Assembly (NCBI GenBank): GCA_000388065.2
Contig: KB932206.1
Source of the DNA: Fonticula alba ATCC 38817
Lineage: Eukaryota; Protista; Nucleariida
Length of the DNA stretch: 38,078 nucleotides
Reading direction: 5' to 3' (one strand)
In this document: positions 1 through 11,284 of the stretch, piece after piece
Numbering within the stretch: the stretch's first letter is position 1
Layout: every line of letters begins with the position of its first letter
Program-made: the position numbers and the translations under genes
The notes under the pieces: generated by a model
The model's input: the letters and a program-made list of their open reading frames with translations, nothing else
The model's database searches: none
Told to the model about the DNA's origin: nothing

Positions 1-1481
1 TGAACGCGGAGAACACGGTTCCGAATGCCTCGCGCAGGGTTCTGCGCCTGCTCTCCAGCCATGGTGTGCATATGTGAAACACGACCACCCCCCCTCTCTC
101 CCTCTCTGACCCCCCTGACGCACCCTGCCCCGAAAGGCATGACCGTTGTCATTGCCACCGGCCGGATGACCCCCGGCGCGGTGCTGCACGAGCACGCCAT
201 CGGCCTGGACTGCTACGTGGTGACGTACAACGGTGCGCGCGCGCTGACGCGCGGCGGACGCGCCGGGGATCAGCATCACAACCCGACGCGTGTGCTGCTG
301 CCCGACCGCACGGAGGTCCCCTTCGACCGGCCGATCCCGGCGGCGGCCCTGGCCGAGGATGATGCCTGCCGGGCGGCGTCGGCGGCCTTTCTGGCCAAGA
401 CCGGCGTCCCGCCGGCGGTGTCCATCGGTGGCGACGTCATCTTCCACACGCCGCTTCCCCTGCCGGTGTCCATTGGCCTGGTGGAGTGGGCCCTGGAGCG
501 TGGGCTCCCCTTCAACCTGTACATTGATGATGTGCTCTACTGTGACCGGCGCTTCAAGGACACGGTGTCGATCCAGATGTATGGGGTGCGTTGCGGGGGA
601 GGGACTTTGCTTCCGGCCCTTTTGCCGCTGCCTTCTTTTGCCGCGGCCGCGGCCGCCGCCGCCGCCACCCCCCCTTCATTCCAGGCGCCCACACTCACCC
701 TGCTTCGGGGCGCGACTGCCCCGGTCCGACGCGTCAGTGCCTCGGCCAGGTCCCGCATGTGGTTTTGGATGATGCGCTGCACTTCCTCCGGAACCATCCC
801 TCCCCCTCGACCAAGGTCATCCTGTTCACCGAGGACCTGAAGCATTCGGCCACCGTGGCCCTGGAGGCCTCGATGAGGAAGCTGGTCCGGCAGATCGCCG
901 AGGCCGGCGCCGGCGGGGTCCCCCTGCCGGATGCCGAGGTCCCGACCGTTGTCCCGGCGCAGTTCTTCGTCGAGGCGCTGGCCCCCGGCATCAACAAGGG
1001 CCAGGGGCTGCGCAAGCTGATGGCCGTCCTCGGTGCCCCGGACGGCCCGCTCCCCGGGACCACGGTGGATAATGTGGTGGCCTTCGGCGACGGCGAGAAT
1101 GACCTGGAGTTCCTGCAGTAGTGCGTAGTCTTTGGCGTGCACCTTCTCCGTCCCTTGGCTGGGCGCCTGCCCGCCCCCCCATCCGGCTTTTTTTTTTGTT
1201 GCGAGTGGCCCACACCCTGTGCTGACTGATCTCGCCTCTCCCCCCCCCCCCTCCCCCCCTGCCCGGCATACGCACGCTCCAGTGCCGGCCTCTCCGTGGC
1301 CATGGCCAACGCCCATGAGACCACCGCCAAGGGGGCCACCTATCAGAGTGCCTTCACGAACCGAGAGGCGGCCGTGGCGCGCGAGCTCCTGGCCCTCTGG
1401 CGGGCTGGGCAGTTTGTTGTCGATGCCTCCCTGGCTCCGGCCGAGGGCAGCGAGGAGGAGCTGGCCCTCCTGTCCGAGTAG
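1..1481 (+). CDS. Cof-type HAD-superfamily IIB hydrolase, 5' end outside the window
   Basis: Spliced product reads ..NAENTVPNASRRVLRLLSSHG|MTVVIATGR..YVVTYNGA..VEALAPGINKGQGL..VVAFGDGENDLEFLQY|AGLSVAMANA, containing HAD motifs II-IV of the Cof type. Introns: 64-136, 586 to ~737 or ~749 (acceptor ambiguous), and 1121-1282. Stop at 1479-1481. Confidence 0.9.
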
Positions 1482-1625
1482 ATCCTGCCCTCTCCTCGGC
1501 ACTTCCCATTCTTGAGGGAGAGCATTTGCGCGTCGTCGTCCAATAAGGCACATGTTCCCCATTAACCTCTCCCATATGTGCTGTGCCTTTTTTTTGTATT
1601 GCTGCAGGCGGAGGTGAGGCGGGCT

Positions 1626-3146
1626 TCAGTCGCCTCGCTTGATGGGGAGGCAGAAGTTGTAGAAGGTGTCCGTTTGGAAAATGGCATGCAGGGGCTGGCA
1701 GGAGGAGGAGGGGGCTGTTGGGTCAGTGCAGGTCGCCAAGTGCGTGCGTGCGTGCGTGCGTGCGTGCGTGGATGTGTGTATGTGACCATTCCATCTCGAC
1801 ACCGGCAGGCGCACCTTCCACTGGCAGGCGCCTTGCCGGAGAAGGGCTCCGATGTACTCCGCGTGTGCTGCCTCGCCGGACCAGGCCTTTTGCCAGACAA
1901 TATGGGGGTCTAGCATGAGCAGACGCACACCGGGGCATGACAGGGGGACGTGCGCCGGGAGGTCCAGCGCGTCGTCCCCCGCCAGGCTGATGCCAAGGAT
2001 GGTGAAGGCCTTGGAGTTGCCGCCTGGGCACCGGCGGAGGGCAGAGTCACGAGGAGGGGCGAGGGCAGAGGGTCAGCACAGAGGGGGGGGGGCGGGGGGC
2101 GGGGCGGGGCGGGGCGGCGAGAGGCACTGCAGGCCCGGGGTCGTGCCGGCGGCCGGTCGGATGTCGCGCACCAAGCATCACCGGAGTGGCCACCGTCATG
2201 AAGTGATTGACCAGAGTCTCGAGGGGGAGTCCCGCACCAGGTGCCATGTGCACCACTCGGCAGGGGACCTGGGCGGAGCGCGGGGGTGAGTGACACGAAG
2301 GGAGCCGCTCTGCCGGGGCGATGCCGGCCAAGGCAACACGCACCTCGTAGAGGAGATCCATCAATTGTGCCACCTCGGCCGTGCCGATCCACTCTGCCGA
2401 GCCGAGGGACGGCGTGCCGAGGTGCCGCCGAATGACCTCTTGCAGAGCGGCCACCGACGGGACAAGCAGCGGCTCGCCGGGCAGGCGATCGTCCGGCAGT
2501 GGCAGGGTCGCGGTGGCTGGCGATTGGGGAGACTCCCCGCGGGAGGCAGCGACGCGTAGTCGCGCGCGCGCCGCAAACGCATAGTGGGAGGCCAGTGTCT
2601 GAAGCGACCGGTAGGCACAGCCCCACCCCGCATCGGCCGTCAGGGGGGCCATGCCGCCAGTCGTGGCGGTGCCGGCGGCGGTGCCGGCCTCGGTGGACAG
2701 GCGCTCCAGGCCGGCCAGGATGTCACGAAGCGAGCGATCGGGCGCCGAGGGGGCCGGAGTCGGTCCTGCCGGGCCGAGAGCCAGGGACTCTGGGTGATCG
2801 TAGTGAAAGAAAAGGTAGGGGCCCTTGACCAGCAGGGTGGCTTTTTGATGAGATCGAGGACGGGAGGGGGGGGGGGAGGGGAGAGAGAAGAGGAGGGGGA
2901 AAAGTAAGGGAGAAGCAAAGAGAAGGAAAAGGAGGAAAGAGGTGAGGCGGAAGGCGTCGTCAGCGAGGGGGGGGGGGGGGGCCGGGGCGATCTTTGCCCC
3001 GGGCCGCACACCGCAGGCGCGCACTGTTGTCAGCCGGTGGAGGTGGCCCGGCCCCCGGGGCAAGGTGAATGTCCCGGATCAGGTCCTGGAGCGGGCCGGT
3101 GCCTCCCAGACGAGCTGGCCGGCCGGGCGAGGGGGGGATGTGCATG
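1626..3146 (-). CDS. UFSP: UFM1-specific peptidase (peptidase C78), catalytic-domain-only / UFSP1-like
   Basis: Motifs LIRDIHL, LVKGPYLFFHY, DAGWGCAYRSLQT (catalytic Cys), WIGTAEV, TPVMLGG, LMLDPH (Asp/His) and FYNFCLP. Five exons, all donors GTGCGY. The start Met is uncertain: 3146, or an upstream in-frame start up to 3355. Confidence 0.9.
1739..1770. repeat. (GTGC)n tetranucleotide microsatellite in the last UFSP intron
   Basis: Directly visible. A similar short run lies at ~15597-15615 in an RTEL1 intron. Confidence 0.9.
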
Positions 3147-4674
3147 GGGGAGGTTGTCGAGGGGCGTTGAGGAAAGGCCAAGCTGGTGGGGAGGGGCGAT
3201 CGGCCGGGGGAGAGGGAGGGCGCGCGGGAAGACATGACGGCCGGGACCGGGGGGGGGGGGGCCAAACGGTCTCCCATCGGCTGGCGGCCCGATTGCCGAA
3301 AAGGGGCGCGGGTCACGAGCGATGCAGCATCACGCATGGCGCGGAGTATTGGCACACTATTTAATCAGATCGTCATACCGGGAAGCCTGCTCGCCCGGGC
3401 GAGGGAGCTTCGGCCGGAACTGAATGGCAAAATTCCAACGCTCTGGCACCGAGAGCCCGCATGCCATCTCCTGCGGCCCTTCCGATGCCTCGCACCTCGA
3501 CCTGGCCCTTGCTCCTGCCCTGCGGCTGCCTGCGGCTCCCTGCGGGGCGGTGCTCTGCGGTTTCGGCGACAGCCGCCGGTGTGCGGCCCAGGGGGGACGG
3601 GCGCGTCCGCCGGACAATGGGGGCGGGGGGACACTCGTGGCGGGCGATCTTTTCGCCGGACGAACACACCGCCGGCGGGCGGTCCCCGCTCCTTGGGCGC
3701 CGGTGTGGCACCGGCGGCGCTGGGCCCCGAGCAATTTGTGCGCTCCGCTCGGTCTGAGTGGGGGCCGGGTACAGAGCGCGGCCTGGCACAATGGCTGTTG
3801 CGGCTCCGGCTCCCTCTCATCGGGCGAGCACACGGCCTCTGTCGTGTTGCTCCGCCGCCCGGGCCATGACCACGAATGGCGTTTCGTCGCAAAGGGGGCG
3901 GAGCCGCAATCTGGCCGGCCCCTGGGCCTTGTGGGAGGGCACCGAGCGGGCTTTTCTCCCCCCCCCCCCCCCCGCGCCTCTTGGCGTCCCTCCTCTCTCT
4001 CTGCCCGTTCCCCGCTCTCGTGCGCGCATGCACGGGCGGCGCGCCATCCCCCCCGGGTCCGGTGGCAAACTCTCGCCGGTACATGTGGCCAGCGGCCCCC
4101 CCTCCCGGTGCTTGGTGCTTCTCCAAGAGGATCTTTAGCTGTTGTTGGAGCTCCCCCCCCCCTGCCCCTGCCCCTGCCCCTTTACCGGCCGCCCCACCCC
4201 GACCCAAGGAGAACGGGGAAACCCAAACAAACGGAGAGGAGAGAGGTGGTGGTACATGCGCTGCCCTCCTGGTCCGGGATGAAAAGCGACCGGATGGAGA
4301 AAAGAGGGGGAAGAACTGAACTAACAAGGACTACACAGACTGCAGCATGGAGTGTGTCTGAAAGGGGGGGGGGAGGAAAGAAGGAGCCACCAGGCAAGGG
4401 GGCATATGAAAAATTGAGGGGGAGGAAATGCAGGGAGGAGGGGGGCGTGCCGTGCGCGGCGCGGCGGGCCCTGCGTGTGTAGGACAGGAGCGAAGCCAAA
4501 AAAAGGAAAGAAGGCAGACACACGCGCCCTCCTCCGCCGCCGTCAGCCAGCCGGCCGTCTATCAACTTTTATGTGGAGGTGTTGAAAGAGGGAGGGGAAG
4601 GAGAAGGGGGGGGGGGAGGGAGGAGCGGTGTTGTCCGCCCCCTCCCCCGCCGCACGCCCCCCCTTTCCCATTCC

Positions 4675-6349
4675 TTACCACCCGAGGGACCAGCCGCTCT
4701 CGGTGATCGGCGGCGGGGGGATGTGACGGTTGAGGCGCATCGGCATGGCGAAGCGCTCGATCAGGAGCTCACGAATGTCGCGCAGCGGCTGGGCCTTGGG
4801 CGAGGAGGTGGCGGCGGCCGCCGCATCGGCACCCTCGGTCCCGGCCGAGGGAGAGGGGGGCTGCTGGCTGGAGTCGGCGGCCGCCGACTGCGAGTGCACC
4901 GAGGAGGAGGAGCGATCGCGAGTGAGGGCCGCCGCCGAGGGGGCGCCGCCGGTGTCGCTGTCATCATCCGCGGACTCGGAGTCGGTGGAGTCCTGGGACG
5001 AGCTGGCCGGGGCGGCGGCGGCGGCGGCGGCATCGGCCGGGCTGGTGCCGGCGGCGGTGCCATTGAAGGACAGCTGCTTGGTCAGGGGCGGCGTCAGCAC
5101 CGAGCAGGGGGACAGCGAGGCGGCGCTTGACCCGGAGGAGGGGGAGGAGGCGGAGGCGCCGGTGGTGCCCAGGGCGGCCAGGGCCTCGGCCGCGCGGAAG
5201 AGGCTGCCATCGCGACGGCGGGTGCCGCAGAATTCGGCCGTCTCGAACATGAGCTCGGTCAGCTCGTGCAGGGCCCGGTCCGACCGGTCGCGGCCGTACC
5301 ACGACCGGATGGGCACGCCGCTGTCCATGTTGTAGCCGAAGGAGAGGAGGGCATTGTCGACGAGGACCACGCGGTCCAGAGGCCGGCCGAGGGCGCGAAG
5401 GTCCTTGACGAAGAGCGGGCCCACCTGGACACAGGTGTCACGGTAGCGGCGGTGCGAGACCAAGTTGCCAGCCGGGTCGATGCGGTCCAGCAGGGCGTCC
5501 GCATAGACGGCCTGGCTGGCGGTGAAGACCACGACGTCGAAGATCTCCGGCTCGTCGGCCATGGCCTGGAGGAACTCCCGGAGCTTGGGGCGCAGCCGGG
5601 CATACACCCGCAGGGGCTGGCCGTTGACGACGATCTCGAACTCCATCTCCTCCAGGGGCGGCTCATTGCGGTTGACGTCGTAGAAATTGGTGATGCTCGG
5701 GTTGAGGTCCGGGTCGTAGCCATCGTGCGAGGTTTCCCACGGCTGCATGCGGCAGTGGACCAGGGTCTCATCGAGGTCCAGGACGACGGTGATCTTGCCC
5801 CGGCGGGTCTCATCCTCGGAGAGGGGGGGGAGCTTCAGGTGGTCCGGCAGGTTGGCCAGCGGGCTGGGGAGCTGGTGGATGAAGGCGAGGCTGTGTGTGT
5901 GTGTGTGTGTGTGGGCGTGGGCGTGCATGCGGGTCAGTGGGTGCGGAGGGAGGGGCACATGGTGGCCGTGGGGGAGGAGGGGGGGGGGGAAACTCGGGTA
6001 CGCACTGCGCAGCCTCATCCTCGAAGCCGCCCTCGCCGTGGCCGCGGCCAAACTCGTCCAGCCAGACGGCCGGGTAGGTGCCGACCGGGCCGCGCCACGG
6101 CCGCCGAAGGAGGGCCATCCGGGCCTCCGGGCTCAGGGCATTCATGCTGGATGCCGAGTCGGGCAGGTCCACCAGCGAGACGGAGGGGTGTGCGGCGGAG
6201 GACTCCTCGGCCGAGCCGCCCAGCGGCGACACGTAGGAGGCGATCACGCTGGAGGCCATGTCGGGGAGGGCGCCGCCACCGGGGGGCGTGGTATCCACGG
6301 CGTTCGCCCCGGCCGGGGAGGGGGTCGAGGGGGCAGACACACAGGGCAT
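4675..6349 (-). CDS. NIF/FCP1-family CTD small phosphatase, CTDSPL2/SCP4-like
   Basis: Motifs VLDLDETLVHC, VYARLRP, FTASQAVYADALLD, VKDLRALGR, LVDN and GVPIRSW. One intron at ~5890-6005 contains (CA)n. Further upstream exons could lie in or beyond the 6424-6838 gap. Confidence 0.9.
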
Positions 6350-6423
6350 GGTGGTAATCTGCTGGGGGGTTGCGAGAGAAAAAAAGGTCTGCTGGTGTAC
6401 GAGTGTCAGAAGCCGGGGAGGGG

Positions 6424-6838
6424 NNNNNNNNNNNNNNNNNNNNNNNNNNNNNNNNNNNNNNNNNNNNNNNNNNNNNNNNNNNNNNNNNNNNNNNNNNNNN
6501 NNNNNNNNNNNNNNNNNNNNNNNNNNNNNNNNNNNNNNNNNNNNNNNNNNNNNNNNNNNNNNNNNNNNNNNNNNNNNNNNNNNNNNNNNNNNNNNNNNNN
6601 NNNNNNNNNNNNNNNNNNNNNNNNNNNNNNNNNNNNNNNNNNNNNNNNNNNNNNNNNNNNNNNNNNNNNNNNNNNNNNNNNNNNNNNNNNNNNNNNNNNN
6701 NNNNNNNNNNNNNNNNNNNNNNNNNNNNNNNNNNNNNNNNNNNNNNNNNNNNNNNNNNNNNNNNNNNNNNNNNNNNNNNNNNNNNNNNNNNNNNNNNNNN
6801 NNNNNNNNNNNNNNNNNNNNNNNNNNNNNNNNNNNNNN
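6424..6838. other. Assembly gap (one of nine)
   Basis: N runs at 6424-6838, 10720-11034, 15382-15391, 17342-17776, 20497-20638, 23141-23262, 24305-24444, 27235-27244 and 36958-36967, mostly next to G/C homopolymers or repeats. Confidence 0.99.
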
Positions 6839-9800
6839 GGCGCACACCGGGGAGCCGGAGGCCGCGCGCGTGCCCCCCCCCCCCCAGAGCGAGGGGCGGA
6901 GGCCCTGGCCTCAGGGGCCGGGGGCCTCAATCAGACACCACCTACCCTGCTGGGGGGGGGGGGGGGCGCCCATGTGCTGCGCCGCATGGATCTCCCGCCC
7001 GGGGAGAGGGCCGACCAGCCCCCGAACAGGGGGGACCGCCCGGGGAGCCCCACACCATAGTCCGGTGTGCCCGTCTCCCGGTGGCTTTGTGCCCTCTTGG
7101 GGCCGTGTCGGCCGGGCCGTCTGTCCGTGTGTTTTTTCCAGCCTGCTTGCCGACCTGTTCTTTGCCGCACTCGCGCAGCCGCCGCCGCCGCCGCCCCGCC
7201 CCCCCTGCCGGGTGTCGGCGGCTTCGTCCCCTCGAGCCAGCCCGGGGCCTGCGGCCCGGCGTGACGGCCGGCGGCGAGGTGCAGAGCTTGTCCCCGGGGT
7301 GTGTGTGTGTGTGGAGATTATTGACAAGGGCAATTTTGGTAGCGAGGCCCCCGGGCTCCTGGGCCCCCCTCCCGGCCGGGGCGCTGAGCCGGGCGCCGGG
7401 CCTTCGCCATGTGTGCCCCACTCCGCGGCCCCCTATGCCCAGCCCCTTCAAGCGGGGGGGGGGGGACAGGCAGGCACGCGGGGGACCGGCCGGGCAGAGC
7501 ACACTGCCCGGCGTACGCACCACGCACGCATGCCGGGAGGTCGTGTCCTCGCGAGGTGCCGGGGCCGCGCGTGCCGCGCTTTCCGCGACCCGGCGTGTGG
7601 CTCTTCCGCTGTAGTCGGCACCGTCCCCCCCCCCCCGGGGGGGGGGGCGAGGACTGGAGGAATAACGAATGCGAATGCCTCAGCCCGGCGGTTGTCCCTG
7701 ATGTGTTTGTTTACCACATGCGGGGGGTCTCCGGACGCGTGTATGCGCGTGTGGCGGCGTCCGGCTCCGCCTGCCGGCTGTGCTGCACGGAGCCGGAATC
7801 CCCGGGCCACTCCCGGGCGAGGCGCCCGCCCGACGCCTGCTTGGGGGACAAGGCCCGGGGATTAACTCGTTCTCCCGTGCGCGCGCGCGTGCGTGCGTGT
7901 GTGCGGGTCCTTGTCGTGTGGTTTCTCGCGGCGGGGGGGGGGCGGCTGGGCGGGGCACGACCTCCGCGCGGTGTGCGCGCGAGTGTTTGTTTACTGCCGC
8001 CAGTCGGGCGGCCACATCGGTCGGCCGCTTTCGGGCGCGCCCCGCCAGTGTGCCGGGGATCGCGGCCGGGCTCGGCCACGGCCGGCGCATGCCGGCCCCC
8101 AGCCCGCGGGAATGCGCCACAAGAGTCCAGGTGGGCGTGCGGACGCGTGTATGCGCGCGCGCACGCCCGCGGGCCCGGACAAGGATACCCGCAGCGCCAC
8201 GCCCCCGCCGGCCGGGCAGGACAGCCGCGCCCGGGGGTGCCACATGGGGGGGGGGGGCAGACACGCCCGCAGGCGCTCTCGTTTGCCGGGCCCCCGCACG
8301 CGGGCGGGCTTGTGTGGCGCTCCGGGTCCTTGCGCGCAGGTTATGCCCGCCCCCGCCCCCATCCAAGCATCCGGCAGGAGGGTGTCCCGCATCTTGGACC
8401 CTGGTGATGGCGGGTCGCCACCGCCCCCGAGCCGACCTAAATGCTGGCTGGCTGGCGCCCGGGTGGCCCTAAGTGCGTCCGGGGGGGGGGGGTGCGCGGC
8501 CGAGACGCCGTTCCCCCGGGCGCACTGGCGCGCTGGCGCTCGGGGTGCGCGTGGCCCCCCCTCCCCCCCCCCCCGGGGGGGGGGGAGAGGCGACGCCGGG
8601 CCGCCAGCCGCTGGGTCCCCCCCTCGCCCCCGGAGGCGCATGCCCGGGAGGCATGCCCTCGGATCCGGGGGCATGCCGGTGTTGTGCCCGGCGCGTGCCA
8701 CGTCGGTGATTGTTTTCTCGCCTTCTGCCAGCACGGCCGACACCCGGTTGCCGATCAACACTTCCCCGAACGGCCGACGACCGCGTGCCCTTGCAAGCCT
8801 CGCTGGCTGTGTCCGGCCGGCCCCCGAGGGGCGGATGTTCCGCGAAAGGCACACCGTCAAGAGGGGCCGGTGGCGGCTCCCCGGGGCCCGGGGCGACCGG
8901 CGCGCCGGCCTTCCCCTCTTCGGCCGAGCGGGGCGAGGGTGGGGAAATGGGGCCCGTGTGTGTGTGTGTGGGGGGGGGGGCTCTGCCCGTTATGACGGGC
9001 GAGCCGCTCCGCCCCCGCCCGCGGCCGCCCCGGTGTGTCCCCTTTCCGGGCGACAAGCACCGCGGGCCGAAGGACGCAAAGGCGTTCGCCGCGAACGCAT
9101 GCGCGCGCGCGAGCGGGGCGCCCTGTCGCGGGGCCCCTGAGTCAGCCGGAATCCCCCTCGGGGCGGGGGGCCGGCCTCGACCCGCACGGGCTTTCGCTCG
9201 GCGCCTCGCGGGATGGCCGCGCGCAGGCCGGCGCCACGCTCCGCCCGGCCCCGAGGGGCGGCCACAGGAAAGCGAGTGACCGCACGCCGGGCCGGCCCCG
9301 CCCGCGGCAGGGGCACTCTCGTCCTGCCCTGCGGCCCCGGCGGGGAGCCAGTTCGATGGCGCTCTGGCGGTCCAGGCGTTTCCCCGTCCCTTCCGCCGGG
9401 GGGGGCGCGGGGCGCGGGGGCGGGGGGGCCGTACATGGGTGTCGCATCACCCTCCGCAGGGCCGGCACGGCGACCGGACCCTGCGCATAACCGCACACGC
9501 CGTTACTTCGTCCGCAGAGCGGGGGGCGGCGGAGGGCGTTCGCCCCCTGCCGCCGCCGGGTTTCGCTCTCGACGTACTCGGTCGCCACCCGCCCGGGCGC
9601 GCCTGACCTTCGGCTGGGCGGGGCTCGGGGCGGGGCACCGTCGGCGCGGCCGGCCAGCCTGGCCGAGGTGCCGATACGCCGGGGCGGCCGGCTTGTCGCG
9701 TTCGCGGGCGCTCCACCCCATCTTCGGTTCGGGGGGAGGGGGAGGGGGGGCACCCGCGCCCCCCTCAGCTACCGGTGGACCCCGCTCGATGTCCCAGGGT

Positions 9801-11284
9801 CAGGCGAGCCCCAGCGCGCCCAGCGGGGATTTCCCCGCGACTCGGGGGGGGGGGGGGCTGGCGCGGTCCTGCGCCAGTCTCGCCGGGTGGCATGCGAGCC
9901 GCCGCCGCCTCCCTCGCTGGGTGCAATCCCACGAACATCGCCGGGCGCCTGTCCAACCCCCCCCCCCTCTCGCGCTCGGCCGCCTGCTCACACCCGGGCC
10001 CCGGGGACCACGGCCCCCGGCCCCAGGCCCGCAGAGGGGAATGGTCTTGATCATTTCCCTCGCCTCCATCCCCCCCCCCCCCCGGCGGCGCCCGCATTCC
10101 TGCCTCGTGGGGGGAGGGGAGCATGCTTGCGGCCGGGCCCTGCGCGGCCGCCGGGTCTCCTCTTCCCCCCCCATCCCACAAGCGGCGGCCAGTCGGCAGG
10201 CCTGCCGCGGGGGTGGACGCGCGCCTGCGTCTTGCGTCCCGTCGAGGGGCGGTCCGCCCGCAGGGGCTGGTCGCCAGGCAAGCCGCGCGCCGGGGTTGCG
10301 CCCGGAGGCCCCTTTTTCCACCCCACAGCTGGGCGAGCCCGTGTCCACACCGGGCCCTCCCAGGCCCCGGCCCGTCCTCGCCCCCGGGGCAAACACACAC
10401 AGGCAGGCCTGCCGAGCGTCCCCGCCCCCGCATTTGGAGACACTCCGCACCGCCGCGCGGGGGGACGGGGAGTGACAAGTGTCAGGCTTGTCACAGAGCC
10501 GGCCCTGGGGGCCGGCCGCCAGGGCTCTCGCCGCACGCCCCTGGGGAGGGACGCGCCTCCCACGGGGCCCCCAACACCCACAGACCCCAGGGGACCAACT
10601 CTCCGAGGCGCCGGCCATTCTCTTGCTTGCCGCCTGCTCGCTCTCCCCCCTGGCCCTGTCTGTGCCCGCCTTCGTCCCGCCGCCGGCCCGGTCTGTCTCC
10701 CCCCCCCCCCCCCCCCCCCNNNNNNNNNNNNNNNNNNNNNNNNNNNNNNNNNNNNNNNNNNNNNNNNNNNNNNNNNNNNNNNNNNNNNNNNNNNNNNNNN
10801 NNNNNNNNNNNNNNNNNNNNNNNNNNNNNNNNNNNNNNNNNNNNNNNNNNNNNNNNNNNNNNNNNNNNNNNNNNNNNNNNNNNNNNNNNNNNNNNNNNNN
10901 NNNNNNNNNNNNNNNNNNNNNNNNNNNNNNNNNNNNNNNNNNNNNNNNNNNNNNNNNNNNNNNNNNNNNNNNNNNNNNNNNNNNNNNNNNNNNNNNNNNN
11001 NNNNNNNNNNNNNNNNNNNNNNNNNNNNNNNNNNGGGACCGGGGTGCGAGGCGCGTGTCCCAACGGAGTCAACCCCACCGCCGCCTTGTCGACCGAGGAA
11101 TTCAGACTTGTTTACTTTTCGGCCATCCGTCTTGGCGTCAGGCCGAGGCCCCGGAGTCACGGGTTCCGTCGGACTGGAGAAGCAGATCGAGGGCCACCCC
11201 GATCGCTCCGCCATGTGGGCATGTCTATTTCCCCCCGACCGGAGGAGCGAACGGGCGCGCAAGGGGGGGGGGGGGGGGCGGTGT

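Noticed and set aside
1112-1121. Apparent premature stop in the HAD gene (LEFLQ*) and apparent frame breaks in other genes
   Set aside because: All are resolved by GT-AG introns, so these are not pseudogenes or recoding events.
3365-4482. ORFs between UFSP and the phosphatase, for example ELQQQLKILLEKHQ
   Set aside because: No recognisable motif or consistent splice structure. The region is most likely UTR and promoter.
7332-7375. Sm-site-like AATTTTGG followed by a GC hairpin, as a possible snRNA
   Set aside because: No U1, U2, U4 or U5 signature upstream, and hairpins arise by chance at this GC content.
8686-8860. Minus-strand peptide FGEVLIGNRVSAVLAEGEKTITDVARAG
   Set aside because: Short, with no flanking splice signals or family match. 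Probably chance.
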